64,000 bases of DNA from Hemiscyllium ocellatum. Taxonomy: Eukaryota. Each line of letters starts with the position of its first letter. Position 1 is the stretch's first letter. This document shows positions 1 to 13,439 of the stretch, piece after piece. The stretch covers positions 42,972,013 to 43,036,012 of the forward strand of contig NC_083414.1 of assembly GCF_020745735.1 (NCBI RefSeq), given 5' to 3'. Made by a program: the position numbers and the translations under genes. The notes under the pieces were generated by a model. That model was given only the letters and a program-made list of their open reading frames with translations. It ran no database searches and had not been told where the DNA came from.

Positions 1-44
1 CTTTCCTTGAGTCTGGACAACTGCAGGAAGACCAGAAAAATCTA

Positions 45-260
45 CTGAAAACAACAAATGCTAGGGACCACAGCGGGTCAGACAGCATCCATGGAGAGAG
101 CGCAAGCTAACTTTTCAAGTCAAGATAACGTTTCATCAGAGCTTAAGGATCACAATGGTGTGTTGAAGTGGCAGGCATCTGGAAGCTCAGGGTCTCCTTT
201 GTGGACAGAACACAGGCGTCCTGCAAAGCACTAACCCAGTCTGAGCTTTGTTTCCCCAAA
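45..260 (-). mobile_element. Penelope-like element 3' fragment (GIY-YIG remnant + terminal repeat with degenerate hammerhead)
   Basis: Minus strand reads GETKLRLG*CFAGRLCSVHKGDPELPDACHFNTP (PLE endonuclease), followed by AGCTCTGATGAA...GAAAAGTTAGCT. Confidence 0.75.
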
Positions 261-1010
261 TGAATTGAATTGAATTTATTGTCACATGTACCGAGGCACA
301 GTGAAAACCTTTGTCTTGTGAGCAATACAGGCAAATCACACAGTTAAGTAGCACTGATAGTAAATAATAGGTAAACAGCGACAAAAACAAAAACACAGGT
401 ACAGGTGAATGTTAAGAGTTTGAGAGTCCATTCAATATTCTAACAACAGTAGAGTAGAAAATGTTATGAAATTGGCTTCTCCCCAATGGGAGAGATCGTA
501 GAAAAACATTGCCAGGGTGGGATGGATCTTTGAGAATGCTGGTGGCCTTTCCTTGACAGTGGGCCTGGTAGATGGATTATATGGATGGGATGTTGGCCTT
601 TGTGATTATCTGGGCTGAGTTCACCACTCTCTGTAACTGTCTCTGACCTTGAATGGTACAGTTGCCATACCGGGTAGTGACATATCCAGACAGAATGTTC
701 TTGATGGTGCACCTATAAAAGTTGGCAAGGGTATTCACCGTCATGTCAAATTTCCTCAGCTGCCTGAGGAAAAAGAGATGTTGGGCCTTTGTAACTAGTG
801 AGTCCACATGAACAGTCCAAGAAAGCTTGTTGTGGAAGACAACTCCCAGGAGTTTGACTCTCTCCACTTGTTCCACCTCTGTGCTGTTAATGTATAAGGG
901 GGACATGAGTAACATCCCGCCAAAAGTCAATAATGAGTTCCTTGGTTTTGCTGGCATTGAGAGCTAGGTTTTCTCAGTGCACCATTTTTCCAGATCTTCC
1001 ACCTCCCATC
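261..1010 (-). mobile_element. Rex1/Babar-type LINE 3' fragment
   Basis: ORF 577-957 KLLGVVFHNKLSWTVHVDSLVTKAQ.LFFLRQLRKF...FYRCTIKNILSGY matches the Rex1/Babar RT C-terminus; AATAAA(TTCAA)n tail at ~261-280. Confidence 0.8.
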
Positions 1011-1612
1011 TGTGGAAGAGAGGAGACCAATATAGAGGAGACCACATTGTGAGCAGCAAATATAACAGATTGAATTGAATAAAATGCAGATAAATCACAG
1101 CTTCACCCGGACGATGTGTTATGGGCCTTTTATAGTCAGGAGGGAGGTGCTGTGGAAGGTGTTGGGAGTGAAGGAGGAGTGGACCAGATTATTGCAGAGT
1201 GAACAGTCCTTGCAGAATGCTGACAAGGGTTTGGAGGGGAATATGTAAAAACAGAAAGAACTGCAGATGCTGTAAATCAGAAACAAAATCGGGTGACCTG
1301 AAACGTTGACTGATTTTTTGTCACAGATACCGCCAGACCTCCTTAGCTTTTGCAGCAACTTCTGTTTTCATTTGAAGGAAGTATGCATCTGGTGTGGCAT
1401 CTCGCTGGAGGTGGTGGAAATGGTGGCTAATGATCCTGTGGATGTGGATGCAGTGGGATGGTAGATGAAGACAAGGTGAACATATTACTTTTGTGGGAGG
1501 GAAGAAAGGGGATAAGGGACAATGTGCAGGAGATAGATCGGACTCAGCTGAGGACACCGTCAACAACAGTGCAATGGAATCCTCGGTTGAGGAAGAAAGT
1601 GGACATTTCAGA
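1011..1612 (-). mobile_element. Penelope-like element remnant (RT C-terminus to GIY-YIG), interrupted by a PLE terminal-repeat fold-back at ~1247-1372
   Basis: IHRIISHHFHHLQRDAT, PLSAFCKDCSL, ICCSQCGLLYIG motifs on the minus strand; continues into 143-260 across the Rex1 insertion. Confidence 0.75.
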
Positions 1613-2039
1613 CTAAAATAGAACTTGCCTTGGTACTTCCTTTTCAGAGTAAAAAGGATTGTATGTATGGAGATATATTATTCAGAATGCATCAGAGGAT
1701 TATTATATTCATAGCTGGCAGGAGGAATGAAAGTAACATTTGTTTCTGGAAAAGGAGAACAGATTGGCCATTTTAAGAGTACCCTACATTTTTTTTTATC
1801 AGTAATAGAAAATAAAAGCCATGATAATTGGAGTTCAATGTTTCAGCTGAACATATATTCTTAATACTTAGATTATGCTCAAAACTATTGAGATTGTCTT
1901 AACACTCCACAGATTGAGCTTATTCCTTACTATTTCATACCTTCCCTCAGCTGGTAGCAGTCATCAGCATAAACAAAAAGAGCTATGCCATATCATTCTG
2001 GCTACATTAGTACTATGTTATATAAATTAACACATGTTT

Positions 2040-2512
2040 GATGCACATGTCATCCGTGTTGACTATCCTTAATCAACCTACTCCTTTCTAGATGATTATA
2101 AATCCTCTCTCTTATAATCCTTTCCAACACTATTCACAATTGATGTAAGGCTCACTGGTCTATAATTGCCAGGGTTGTCTCTACTCCCCTTCTTGAACAA
2201 GGGGACAACATTTACTAACCTCCAGTCTTCTGGCACTATTCCTGTAGACAATGACGACATAAAGATCAAAGCCAAGGGCTCTGCAATGTCATCCCTAGCT
2301 TCCCAGAGCATCCTAGGACAATACTTCCGCCTTATGAACTTCAACCTCATCTAATCTAATAACCTGTATCTCACTATGTTCCTTGACAACATAGTCTTTT
2401 TCCTGTGTAAATACTGATGAAAAATATTCACTTGGCGCTTCCCCTATCGCTGCAGACTCCACACCCAACTTCCCCCTACAGTCCTTGGCAGGCTCTACTC
2501 TTACTCTCGACA
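2040..2512 (-). mobile_element. CR1 LINE ORF2 fragment
   Basis: VPEDWRLVNVVPLFKKGSRDNPGNYRPVSLTS. Confidence 0.9.
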
Positions 2513-2671
2513 ACATAAGAAATTCTGCCTTTCTTCTGTGGACGTATTAGAATTTCTAAAATATAAAAAACATTTGCTGCTGATCAAACATCTGAGCAAG
2601 CTTTTAAATTAGAAGATTTTTACACTTCCATGTTCATGCATTGTCAGAAAGCGAAGGCAGTTTTCACCAGT

Positions 2672-2765
2672 CCCTGCTCCTTGGATGCTGCCTGACCTGC
2701 TGTGCTTTTCCAGCACCACACTCTCAACTCTAATCTTCAGCATCTGTAGTATCTGCAGTACTCAT
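2672..2765 (+). mobile_element. Short PLE terminal-repeat insertion
   Basis: Matches the PLE repeat at 57405-57495; flanked by 11-bp direct repeat TTTTCACCAGT (2661-2671, 2766-2776). Confidence 0.75.
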
Positions 2766-3599
2766 TTTTCACCAGTATGTCTGAAATGTGCAGATTGTTC
2801 CAATTGACCTTGATCTTTACTTATTGTCTTGTCTCCACAACATAACTCAGGGAAAACCGTCATTATCATTAATAAGGAACAAGCCTGTGTTGTAAGTTAA
2901 ATGCATGATAAGTGGAGGTTGGAAGCATTTTTCTTTGAATCACACCCACATGTGTTTTCTGTGCAATATCTCGCCTCATGAGATTGAATTTAATTCAGGA
3001 GATTGGGAGTTTCTAATGTTAGGTTTAAAAATCAATGAACTGCAATGACTGGGAATAGAACCCTTAATGAAAGATTCAATTAATTTTGTATCTAAGGAAG
3101 TGCAAATACAATGTTTATGAGAGCCGCTCACTTCATCAGGTTTTTAAAGCATTAGAAATAGCTCAGTGAAAGACATTGTGCAATAGTCACTTGATCTCAG
3201 CACATACACGCTCTTTGTGCCACCTAGAGGTGGTGTTTATATGGTTAACAGCAATATCTCACTTTCAAATGAGCTTGAGCCAAATGTTTCTCTGGGAAGA
3301 CATTCCTTCTCTGCTAATGCTACCTAATACATACAAGTGGCTAAAATCAGCATATGGCAACACATTCAATGGGAAAGATTCATCCAAAAAGTATCTCCAT
3401 TTTCTTCTTTCATTCATGTCAAAGGATTGCTTGATGTTTTTAAACGATTTGTAGCTTGGGTTGTGGATGAGGTCGTAGATTCGTTTGCCAAGCTGGTGCA
3501 ATGTTTCATTGCCTCACTAGGTGACATCGTCAGTGCGTCTTCAATAAGATTGCTTGATGGTTAGACTAAGTTACAAATCCCGTTTACATTAGTGGATTG

Positions 3600-3880
3600 G
3601 TGAATCCAGCCTCTGCCGCATGGAAGGACAGCAGAGGCATGAGAACACCTCCTCCCTAAGTCACACACCATACTGACATGGAAATTATATCAACGCTCCC
3701 TCACTACCACAGGATCAAATTTCTGGAACTCCTTTCCTGATAGCCTGTGGACATATGCACATAGCACGGACTGCAGCTATTCAAGAAAGTGACTTACCAC
3801 CACCAGCTCCAAGACAAGTTAAAGAAAGGCAGTAAATGATGGCTTAACCAGCAAAGCCTGTAAACCACAAATATATAACC
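3600..3880 (+). mobile_element. Old CR1-like LINE 3' end
   Basis: Degenerate ...TGGAACTCC...GGACTGCAGCTATTCAAGAAAGTGACTTACCACCACC... 3' region, similar to ~14490-14560 and ~25230-25645. Confidence 0.5.
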
Positions 3881-5099
3881 TGTCTTTTTTTTTTCAAAAG
3901 ATTCAACTCTAACCGCAGAGCCAGTATAGAAAATATATGGAGGAAGCAGCAAACATTTGGACAAATGAGTTCACAATACTAGGTTTGAGACCCATCAGAC
4001 ACTCGCTTTGCTGGCTAATGGCAAGGAAATAGCATGAAAGCAATGCAATGATATAAATCACATTTTGGGTACTCAGCTTTACTTCAGTTAGAGTTTATTT
4101 GTTGATGAACACAAATTTGCATCAATTAGATGTTAGTATCTTCAAAATCTACCACAAGGAAACCTGTCTATATCAACCATAAATCATGCCAAATATCAGG
4201 TTCTAAGAAATGTGTTCTAACAAATGGGCGTTAATCACCTCTGGTCTGTTTCTGATTTTATTCTGGTGTTCTGGCAACTTGATTTTTAGTTGTATCTTTT
4301 GGTTCTCTACCACCTAGCTGTAAATTAATTTAAGTGGCTTTGACCAGTACATATTAATCCAGTGCAATATTGCCCACATTTTGTAGGAGAAAAAAGGAAC
4401 CTTGTCCCACTTATATCTCTACTTTAAATGGATGATAATCCTTTTATCATATTGTTCAATCTTCATTTTCCTCTTGTTTTGCTGCATATGTTCACAATGT
4501 TCATTGTTGCTTAATAAATCCCCTTATGTTTTGTCAGCTGATAAAATTAGCTACGTACTTCTGCTTTCCAAAGCAACTCAGCAATGCAATGAAACACTCA
4601 TCAACTTTTTTAAGAAGTGGTTTATATATCAAAACACATCAATTGTAATAAATTGTTACTGAACTCTTATAATGGGCACAGACACACGTTTGTTAATGTG
4701 ACATAGCTAAATGGCATGTGGGTGGGTGTGAAGAATAATTAGATGTTTGCATTTATCACAAGTCAAAAAAAAGTGCGCTGCACTTAATTAGCCTAACATT
4801 TAGACTGTTATTTAATACCACATTACAAGCTGCAGTGCTGCCGCTGTCAATGAATACGTCATACTCTTGTTATGTAATGCATGCATTCTTGTACCCGAAC
4901 ATTCAAATGCATTTTGTGGGAAATTACATTTTGAAAAACACCATGCTGTTGTAAACTATTCCAATCAATTTTTATCCAGTTGAAGTGACAGCTGGACATC
5001 TTCAGTTATTGATTCAATAACTGCATCAAGAAGTGCCTAAAAATTTGGATACTTCTCTATTCAAGAAAGTGGGGGGGGGGGGAGAGGCACACACATGGA

Positions 5100-6930
5100 A
5101 GGGTGAGAGAGAGAAGATACAGGCCAGTATCTTAACATCTGTCATAGGAGAATCTATTATTAAAAAAGTTACAGTGGAGGCACTGAGAAAAATTGCAACA
5201 TCTTCAGGCGGAGTCAACATGGGATTGAGAAAGGTAAGTCAGGTTTGATTAACTTACTGGAGGTTTTTCGAAGAAGTAGGACCTATGGATGTCTGCACTT
5301 CGATTTCCAGAAGCATTCAGCAAAGGTTACAACACAGAATAAAAAATCATGGTGCAGGGGGCAGAAATTGCTGGAGAAATTTAATAGGTCTGGGAGCAGC
5401 TGTGGAGAGAAAGCAGAGTTAATGTTTCCAGTCCAGGGACCCTCCTTCACAACTAGTGGTAGCTGGGAAAAGGTGGTCCTTATTTAATAAAGAATGTGAA
5501 TGCATTTGAAGCATTTCACTTGACAGATACTTGTAATGGGGATATCTTACGAAGAAAGTTTCAAAGATTATAAGACCATAAAATATAGGAGCAGAATTCA
5601 GCCATTCAACTCACTGAGTGTGCTCTGCCATTCAATATGGCTGAAGTGGTTCTCAACCCTATTCTCCTGCCTTCTCCCCAGAAGTCTTGATGTATTACTA
5701 ATCAATAACCTAACTATCTCCATCTTAATGCTTGCCTCAACATCATGGCCTCCACAGCCTTCTGTGTTAGTGTTAAGTCTCAATCAGATGCCCCTCATCC
5801 TTAGCTTGCTTTTACGCTGCCCCTGATCTCCCTTGTCAGCATTATCTCATCCTCTCATTAGTATGTCTCTTCATCTCTCGGATGAATTTCTGCTCTCCCT
5901 CCCTAATTACTCCTGAAACTCCTGCTATTGCTGCCCCACCATTCTTCTGCTAAGCTCCCCTTCCAAGCAACTCTGCCCAGCACCTTCTTCATGTCTTTGC
6001 AGTTACCTTTACTCAATTGTAATACGATTATATCTGATTCCAGTTTCTGTCTCTTGAACTGCAGCGTGAATTCCAGTATGGTCACTGCACCCTAGGGATT
6101 AAACACCCTAATCAAGTCTGTCTCATTTCAACTCACCAAATCCAGAATTGCCTGCTCCCCAGTTGGCTCTACCATAAACTGCTCCATAAAGCTCTCTCGC
6201 AGACATTCCACAAATTCTTTTTTCTGGATCCATTACCAACCAGATTTTCCCAATCCACCTACATATTGAAATCCCACTATTATTGTAATAGTGACTTTCT
6301 TACACGGATTTCCTACCTCCTGATTTGTTTTCTGCACACATCCTGACTACTGCTAGGAAACCAACACATAACTCCCACTAGGGTCTTTTTTCTTTTGCAG
6401 TTCCTCAACTCTATACACAGAGGTTCTATGATTTTCCATTCAACATCAACTCTTGGTTTCAAGTTAATTTAATTTCTTACCAAAAAGACAATCCCACCCA
6501 CTTTGCTCATCTATCTGTTCTGCTGATAAAACAGGTATCACTGGATGTTTAAAAGGAATAGTAATCTTATTAAAACAAAATCTTGAGGGGCCTTGCAAAG
6601 GTTGATACTTAAAGGGCATTTTCTCTTGTGGGAAGGTTAATAACTAAGGGATACCCTTCAAAAGCAAGAGGTCTTCCATTTAAGACGGAATTAGGATTAC
6701 CTTTTTAAATCTAGAGGGTAACGTGTTTTTAAAACTCTCTTCCCCAACAAATGGTGGAGTTGGGATCATTGAATATTTTTACGGCTGATGTACGTAAATT
6801 CTGCACTAATAAGGAAGTGGGGGTCGGTGGGAATGTGCTGCTGAAGCCATAATCAGATTACTCATGATATGACTGACTAACAGACAGAAGAAGGTAAATG
6901 GCCAACCCCTGCTCTTCTTTGGTATATTTA
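5100..6930. mobile_element. Cluster of decayed CR1 fragments (+ at ~5100-5560 and ~6550-6930; - at ~5570-6545)
   Basis: INLLEVF / DFQK-like RT remnants on +; endonuclease-region remnants and an ATAAGACCATAA tail on -. Confidence 0.6.
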
Positions 6931-7185
6931 TAAAACCTTTGAGATGGAGAACAGTGCGTTAAATCTATGAGCATGGTTACGTGGGTATAAAGAAAAACAT
7001 ATAGAGGTCAGTGCACTGGCTGCAACGTACTTCAATATAACATTACTGTTTTATAGAATGGTAAACTTGAAACAAAACAGGCAATGTTGATAATATACAT
7101 CACCTCAGTAAGCACCTATAATAAGAAGGTGTCTCTGAAGTTTTGAGTTTGCAAATATTTTAATCAATTTTTTCAGAGGTGCCGT

Positions 7186-7500
7186 AGGCGGCACGGTGGC
7201 ACAGTGGTTAGCACTGTTGCCTCACAGTGCCAGAGACCCGGGTTCAATTCCCGGCTCAGGCAACTGTCTGTGTGCAGTTTGCACGTTCTCCCCGTGTCTG
7301 CCTGGGTTTCCTCCGGGTGCTCCGGTTTCCTCCCACAGTCCAAAGACAGGCCAGGTGAATTGGTAGTGTTAGGTAAGGGTATGTAGGGGTATGGGTGGGT
7401 TGCGCTTCAGCGGGTCGGTGTGGACTTGTTGGGCCGAAGGGCCTGTTTCCACACTGTAAGTAATCGAATCTAATCTAATCTAAACTTTAAATCTAATCTA
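7186..7500 (+). mobile_element. HE1-type tRNA-derived SINE
   Basis: Box A TGGCACAGTGG, box B GGTTCAATTCC, CR1-like 3' end GGCCGAAGGGCCTGTTTCCACACTGT, (TCTAA)n tail. Confidence 0.9.
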
Positions 7501-8256
7501 ATAATATACCTCTGGAGCAGACAGGGCTTGAAATTGGACCTCCTGGCTCACAGGTAGGGGCACCACCACTTTGGGTATGCATCCTTAACAAGAATTACTG
7601 ACAGGAACAGACAAGAAAAGACACGTTACGAAGGTTAGAAAATAAATCATCTATTTTAACAATCATAGAAAGAAAATAATTGGATAGAATTTGCTGCTTA
7701 GCAAAGATTAATGATATAATGAGACTTTTCAAGCAAAGAAGAGGCCTATACAAACAAAAATACAAGAAAGTAAGAGAAGAGAATACAGAGAGAAAGAAAG
7801 ACGCTTTAAATGGGAAATAGATATTAAACTAAAATGAAAGTGCTGACAAAACCCATCAGGAATATCAGTTTTGAAAAGAGGGAAATGCCATTTATGACCA
7901 CATGCTTAGAATTCATCTGGTACTCTGCAATAAAACTACCAACCTCTGTACCAGCACAAACAATTCCACACATTGCTGAAGCAAAATAAAGACAGAGGTC
8001 AAAATGACAACTGGAGTAGAATTAAAAATGGAAAATCATAAGGAGGTTTGGGTAACATTTGATGAGACATTCAGTGAAGTGGCCACCAAATGCGTTTGGT
8101 CTTCTCCATGTAAGTAGCCCTTTCCCATAGTTAATTCAATAAAAGTCAGCAAAATTAGGAAGTCCATAAAAGAATGGTCTCTCAAAAAAAAAGGAACATC
8201 TGGGGATTCTCAACAATTGTGTCAGGAGATTTATGGCAGACATCATATCCACTCTA

Positions 8257-8385
8257 AACTCTCATGAAGAGTCATCTAGACTTGAAACGTTAGCTTGCCT
8301 CTCTCCACGGATGTTGCCTGAGCCATTGCACTTTCAAGCATTTTTGTTTTCAGTACAGATTTCAGCAGTAATTTGCTCCTATTAT
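8257..8385 (+). mobile_element. PLE terminal-repeat fragment with mutated hammerhead core
   Basis: CTCATGAAGAGTCATCTAGACTTGAAACGTTAGCT; same family as 45-142. Confidence 0.65.
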
Positions 8386-10002
8386 ACTCACTCTGATTAT
8401 GTGGTGGCTGGTTGTGAGGCAAAAACAGATTGGAAGTAAAGGTGACTGAGCAGGGAGCAAGGATACTGTGGTGAGGGGGATTTCTCAAAACCAGAAAGGG
8501 GAGTACAATAGGAAATGATCTGAGTGTGAATCCTGTTGTAGATGGCAAAAATGACAAATGATAATCTGGGTAAATCTGAAGGCCTTTCCAGTGGAAGCAA
8601 AGGACAAAGCAATCCTACCGTTGTAGAGAAATTATGGAAATTATTGAGAGCAGAGAAACTCGAAGGAAAGACTGATCAGTCAAGTCCCGATCACCCACTG
8701 TGGAAGCAGACCTCGGTGAAATAGAAGTGGTGCCACTTCTGTAGCCTCTGATTGTGGGGAACATAAAGTATCCCTCATTGCAAGAACCAGAAACAGGTGA
8801 TCAGCCTGTAGAAACTAGATTTGTTGCATTTAGTTACATTTAACCTTGAAAGCCACTGTTTAACAGCAATGAGATAACTAATCAGATAACCAGTTTTTGA
8901 CACTGCACTGAAACAATTGCTTACATTTCTGCTCAAGTCTCTGGAATGGGCTTGAATGCACAACCCTGAGGTGGGATTACAGTTAGTGAGTTAATGCTAA
9001 CACTTTAGCATGGAATGGGATTTGCATGACATATTTTCACAAGTATAGTATGAGTAGGTTCTTTTGGTAGGAATATTTGAATTTTCAATGCAGCTACCTG
9101 AACTGCACCCTGTTTCCCATTTTATTTACATTTATGCTTGCTAATGTTATGATGTATGTACAAAGGCAGATTCTTGGCTCATAGTCTGCGGATTCTTTAT
9201 CTTGAACTGTTTGCTTAGCAGTTTTGTTTTGTCAGGTTGGCTTGCTGTTGCCTTCCAGTCTCAGGGACAGTGACAAGTGGTAGGTCCCAAGTGTACTTCA
9301 GTTAGAATGGTAAGCGAAATTGTTGACATGACTCTGAACTATATCCACCTAATCAACTGAACTAATTCCAACCTTCAACCCTAACCCCTTCTCCCCAGAT
9401 TCAGACAATGGGCAAGTAAACTGGGGTCATCAGTTTTAACAAAGGCATAATGATGGAAAAGCAATCCAATAGATTTAGCTCACTCGTCCTCTATACAGTA
9501 TAATAGAATCTAAATAATATCACAAGTATATCATGTGTACTGTATTACAGGGTAAAGAAAATTATTCCTAAATGCATTCAATAGACAATGTATGTTTAGC
9601 GACAGTAGGAGGCAGAGGAAGGTTTAAACAAGTCAAATATTTGCTTTGAGAGCTGAATCATTTTCAAGCAGAGAGCTCCAGAAATGATTGATTATTAGTT
9701 GACTTTGAAGCACAGGGAGAATAATTATTAATAATGGTAGACTCTTCTATTAAGTCACGGGTAAGGAGTAAAGTAGCCCTGAAAATCAATGACACAGCTG
9801 TTTGTGAATTTTAAAACAGTTCAATAGGTGGAGCTATTAAATGAGAAAGTAAATCAATACTACAACTTCAAAAATTTGGCAGCTGCTCTGGTGTTATTTA
9901 AAATATTCATGATACAAAAAGGCAGAGAATGTTAAGGAATATGCACGACCCCTCCAAAACCTCCTACGTAATCAATAAATGAAATAAAGTGCCACTCACT
10001 AC

Positions 10003-11669
10003 AGAGTCATAGAGATATACAATATGGAAATAGAACCTTCGGCCCAACTTGTCCATGCCGACCTAACCCAATCTAGTCCCACCTGCCAGCACCAGGCCCA
10101 TATCCCACTAGAGAAGGTGCAAAACCTGACCTACTCTTGGGAAATAAGCCAGGGCAGGTGACTGAGGTGTCAGTGGGGGAGCACTTTGGGGCCAGAGCAA
10201 AAAGTTGAAGTTCTCAACTGGAGAAAGGCCAATTTTGACAGTATTAGGCAAGAACTTTCAAAAGCTAATTGGGGTGCAGATGTTTGCAGGTAAATGGACG
10301 GCTGGAAAATGGGAAGCCTTCAGAAATGAGATAACGAGAATCCAGAGAAAGTATATTCCTGTTAGGGTGAAAGAAAAGGCTGGTAGGCATAGGGAATGCT
10401 GGATGACTAAAGAAATTGAGGGTTTGGTTAAGAAAAAGAAGGAAGCACATGTCAGGTATAAACAAGATAGATCAAGTGATTCTTCAGAAGGGTATAAAGG
10501 CAGTAGGAGTATACTTAAGAGGGAAATCAGGAGGGCAAAAAGGGAACATGAGATAGCTTTGGCAAATACAGTTAGGGAGAATCCAAATGGTTTTATAAAT
10601 ATAAATATATTAAGAACAAAAAGATAACTAGGGAGAGAATAGGGCCCCTCAAAGATCAGCAAGGCAGCCTATGCGTGGAGCTGCAGGAAATGGGGCAGAT
10701 ACTAAACAAGTATTTTGCATAGTATTTACTGTGGAAAAGAACATGGAAGATATAGAATGAAGGGAAATAGATGGTGACATCTTAAAAAATGTCCATATTA
10801 AAGAGGAGGATGTCTTGGAATGCATAAAAGTTGATAAGTCCCCAGGACTTGATCAGGTATATCCTGGAACTCTGTGGGAAGCTAGAGAAGTGATTGCTGG
10901 GCCTCTTACTGAGATATTTGTATCATCGATAGTCACAGGTGAGGTGCCGGAAGGCTGGAGTTTGGCTAATGTGGTGCCACTGTTTAAGAAAGGTGGTAAG
11001 GACAAGCCAGGGAACTATAGACCAGTGAGCCTAATGTCAGTGGTGGGCAAGTTGTTGGAGGGAATCCTGAGGGACAGGATTACATGTATTTGGAAATGCA
11101 ATGACTGATTAAGGATAGCCCACATGGCGTTAATGCTTGGGAAATCATGTCGCACAAACTTGATGGAGTTTTTTGAAGAAGTAACAAAGAAGATTGATAA
11201 GGGCAGAGTGGTAGATGTGATCAATATGAACTTCAGTAAGGTGTTCAACCAGGTTTCCCATGGAGACTGGTGAGCAAGGTTAGACCTCATGGAATGCAGG
11301 GAGAACTCACCATTTGGATACAGAACTGGCTCAAAAGATAGAAGACAGAGAGTGATGGTGGAAGTTTGTTTTTCAAACTGGAGGCCTGTGACGAGTGGAG
11401 TGCCACAAGGATCAGTGCTGGGTCCTTTTCATCATTTACATAAATGATTTGGATGTGAGCATAAGAGGTATAATTTGTAGATGACACCAAAATGCAGGTG
11501 TAGTGGACAGCAGAGAAGGTTACCTCAGATTACAATGGGATCTTGATCAGATGCACCAATGGGCTGAGAAGTGGCAGATGGAGTTTACTTTTGATAAATG
11601 TGAGGTGCTGCATTTTGGGTAAGCAAATCTTAGCAGGACTTATACACCTAATGGCAAGGTCATAGGGAG
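10003..11669. mobile_element. CR1 LINE with inversion (3' end on -, 10003-10107; ORF2 body on +, 10108-11669)
   Basis: AGAGTCATAGAG tail in minus orientation joined directly to + ORF2 (KSPGLDQVYP, VVPLFKKGGKDKPGNYRPVSL, SGVPQGSVLG). Confidence 0.85.
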
Positions 11670-13439
11670 ATGGATGCTCATACATTGATATTTATAAATC
11701 TCCCTTTTAATACGTCTAAGAACTTTAAACACAAAAATTAAATCAGATGTCTGTTCATTCCATCAACTCATCCAGTCATTTTCTTCATCAATTGTTAGCA
11801 AGTCACAATAATTCACATTTCTTAATACTATCATTTCCCATCACTGGTAACATCATGGTATCTCTGTATTCCATGCTCTCTACAGTTCTACCATCCATCT
11901 GCATCCCACTCAAAATTGAACTTACTGCTCTAACTGTGACTTCACTAAAGGTTTGTTGAAATAAATTTTGCTACTCTTGCACCAATGACCCCAATTAAAC
12001 ATCATAACTTTATAAATCATTTTTACATTATGCTTTCGCTCACCAATAACCTTTAGTGCTCCTGCATTAAAAGTATGCTCTGCATCCTATGGTTCTTGTG
12101 GAACATAAGTAGCATCCTTACCTCTGACCCAGGAGGTCCAGTTTAAATCCCACCTGCTCCAGAGGAGTGTATTAGCATTTCTGAACATGTTTATTACAAA
12201 CATATCCATACTCACAATCCTGTTATGAAACCCAAAATGCAACCTCCCAATATTTTAAGTTTTTCCTGCCATATTTCTGCCTATTTCTCAATTATTGCTG
12301 TTTCAAAATAAAGACAATCCACTTCCCTGTTTACCAGAACAGCTCATGCTGAATTTTTATGCTGTGAACCAGATCTCCACCTCCCCAGTATAAAACATGG
12401 GGGAGATTTTGCTGCTGCTTAGCTGGCTCGGTTTGTAACCATTCACTGGACCAATAAAATGGTTGGTAGATCTCTTGCCCCAGTATTGTTACTGGAAGAA
12501 ATGACCATTTGTTGAAACTGCAGGATGTTATCTGAAGGTACTGATAAAACCTAGTTGAAGGCAAGCCTTATGTCTTGCTGGTGGCAAGCTTGCAGAGTTC
12601 AGCAAAGGGCATGGGGAGTCAAACTGAAAAGGGCAGAGCAGGGGCCAGTGATATCTGAAATAGACCAGAGAATACTGGCCATTATTTAAAAACACTGCGT
12701 TTCAGAATACTAATTTTATTCGAATGATGGGCTCAATAGGATAAATGCAATTTAACTTGCTGTCTCTTCAAACAATGGAATATTGTCTTTGTGCTGAATC
12801 GACAGTCAATACGGGACCTTGAACAGATTCATTTTCATGAGCAAGCCTTCTTTCTTGCGCCCCAATTTGTATTCAGAAAGGAATTAGATCGACATTTACT
12901 TTTTAACTTGGCAGCCACATTTCAAAATGCCAATTTAGAGACTTCCTGCAGATAGGAGGAAAGTAGACATATTCACTCCTGTGTTTGTAATGGCTGATCC
13001 ATCAGAGAACAGACAACAGAAAAGGGCAGGTAAAAGCTAACCTTAACATTTGTGACAATAAAACACACACTTTGACATAAAGACATGACCTTAGCTGCTC
13101 TACTTTCATTTCAAATCAATGTGTTTGTGAAATCAGAATCTGAAATAGCAAAGAACTAGGTTTACAGCAGAGATGGGAGTTAGTCAGTCAGAACATTTAT
13201 TTTGTTAATTAGTATAGTAATCCAACCTAATTGCACAGCCCTGTTTGAAGTGTAGCCATGTATGCCTCAAATGTCATTGCATTATACCTTTTAAGGGGTC
13301 TGATTAAATGTCCCCTTCAAGTGTGTGAGATCCTGTGCGGATGACATTAAAGTTGGCTCCTTAAAGTTGCTGCACATGCACTAAAAGGCCCATGCATTTA
13401 CACATATTGTCATTTCATGGCCTCAGGTAGCCCTCATGC

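Noticed and set aside
7186-7260. tRNA gene
   Set aside because: The A/B boxes belong to SINE heads; no complete cloverleaf
12331-12564. 77-aa minus-strand ORF with possible splice sites
   Set aside because: No homology recognised; length compatible with chance
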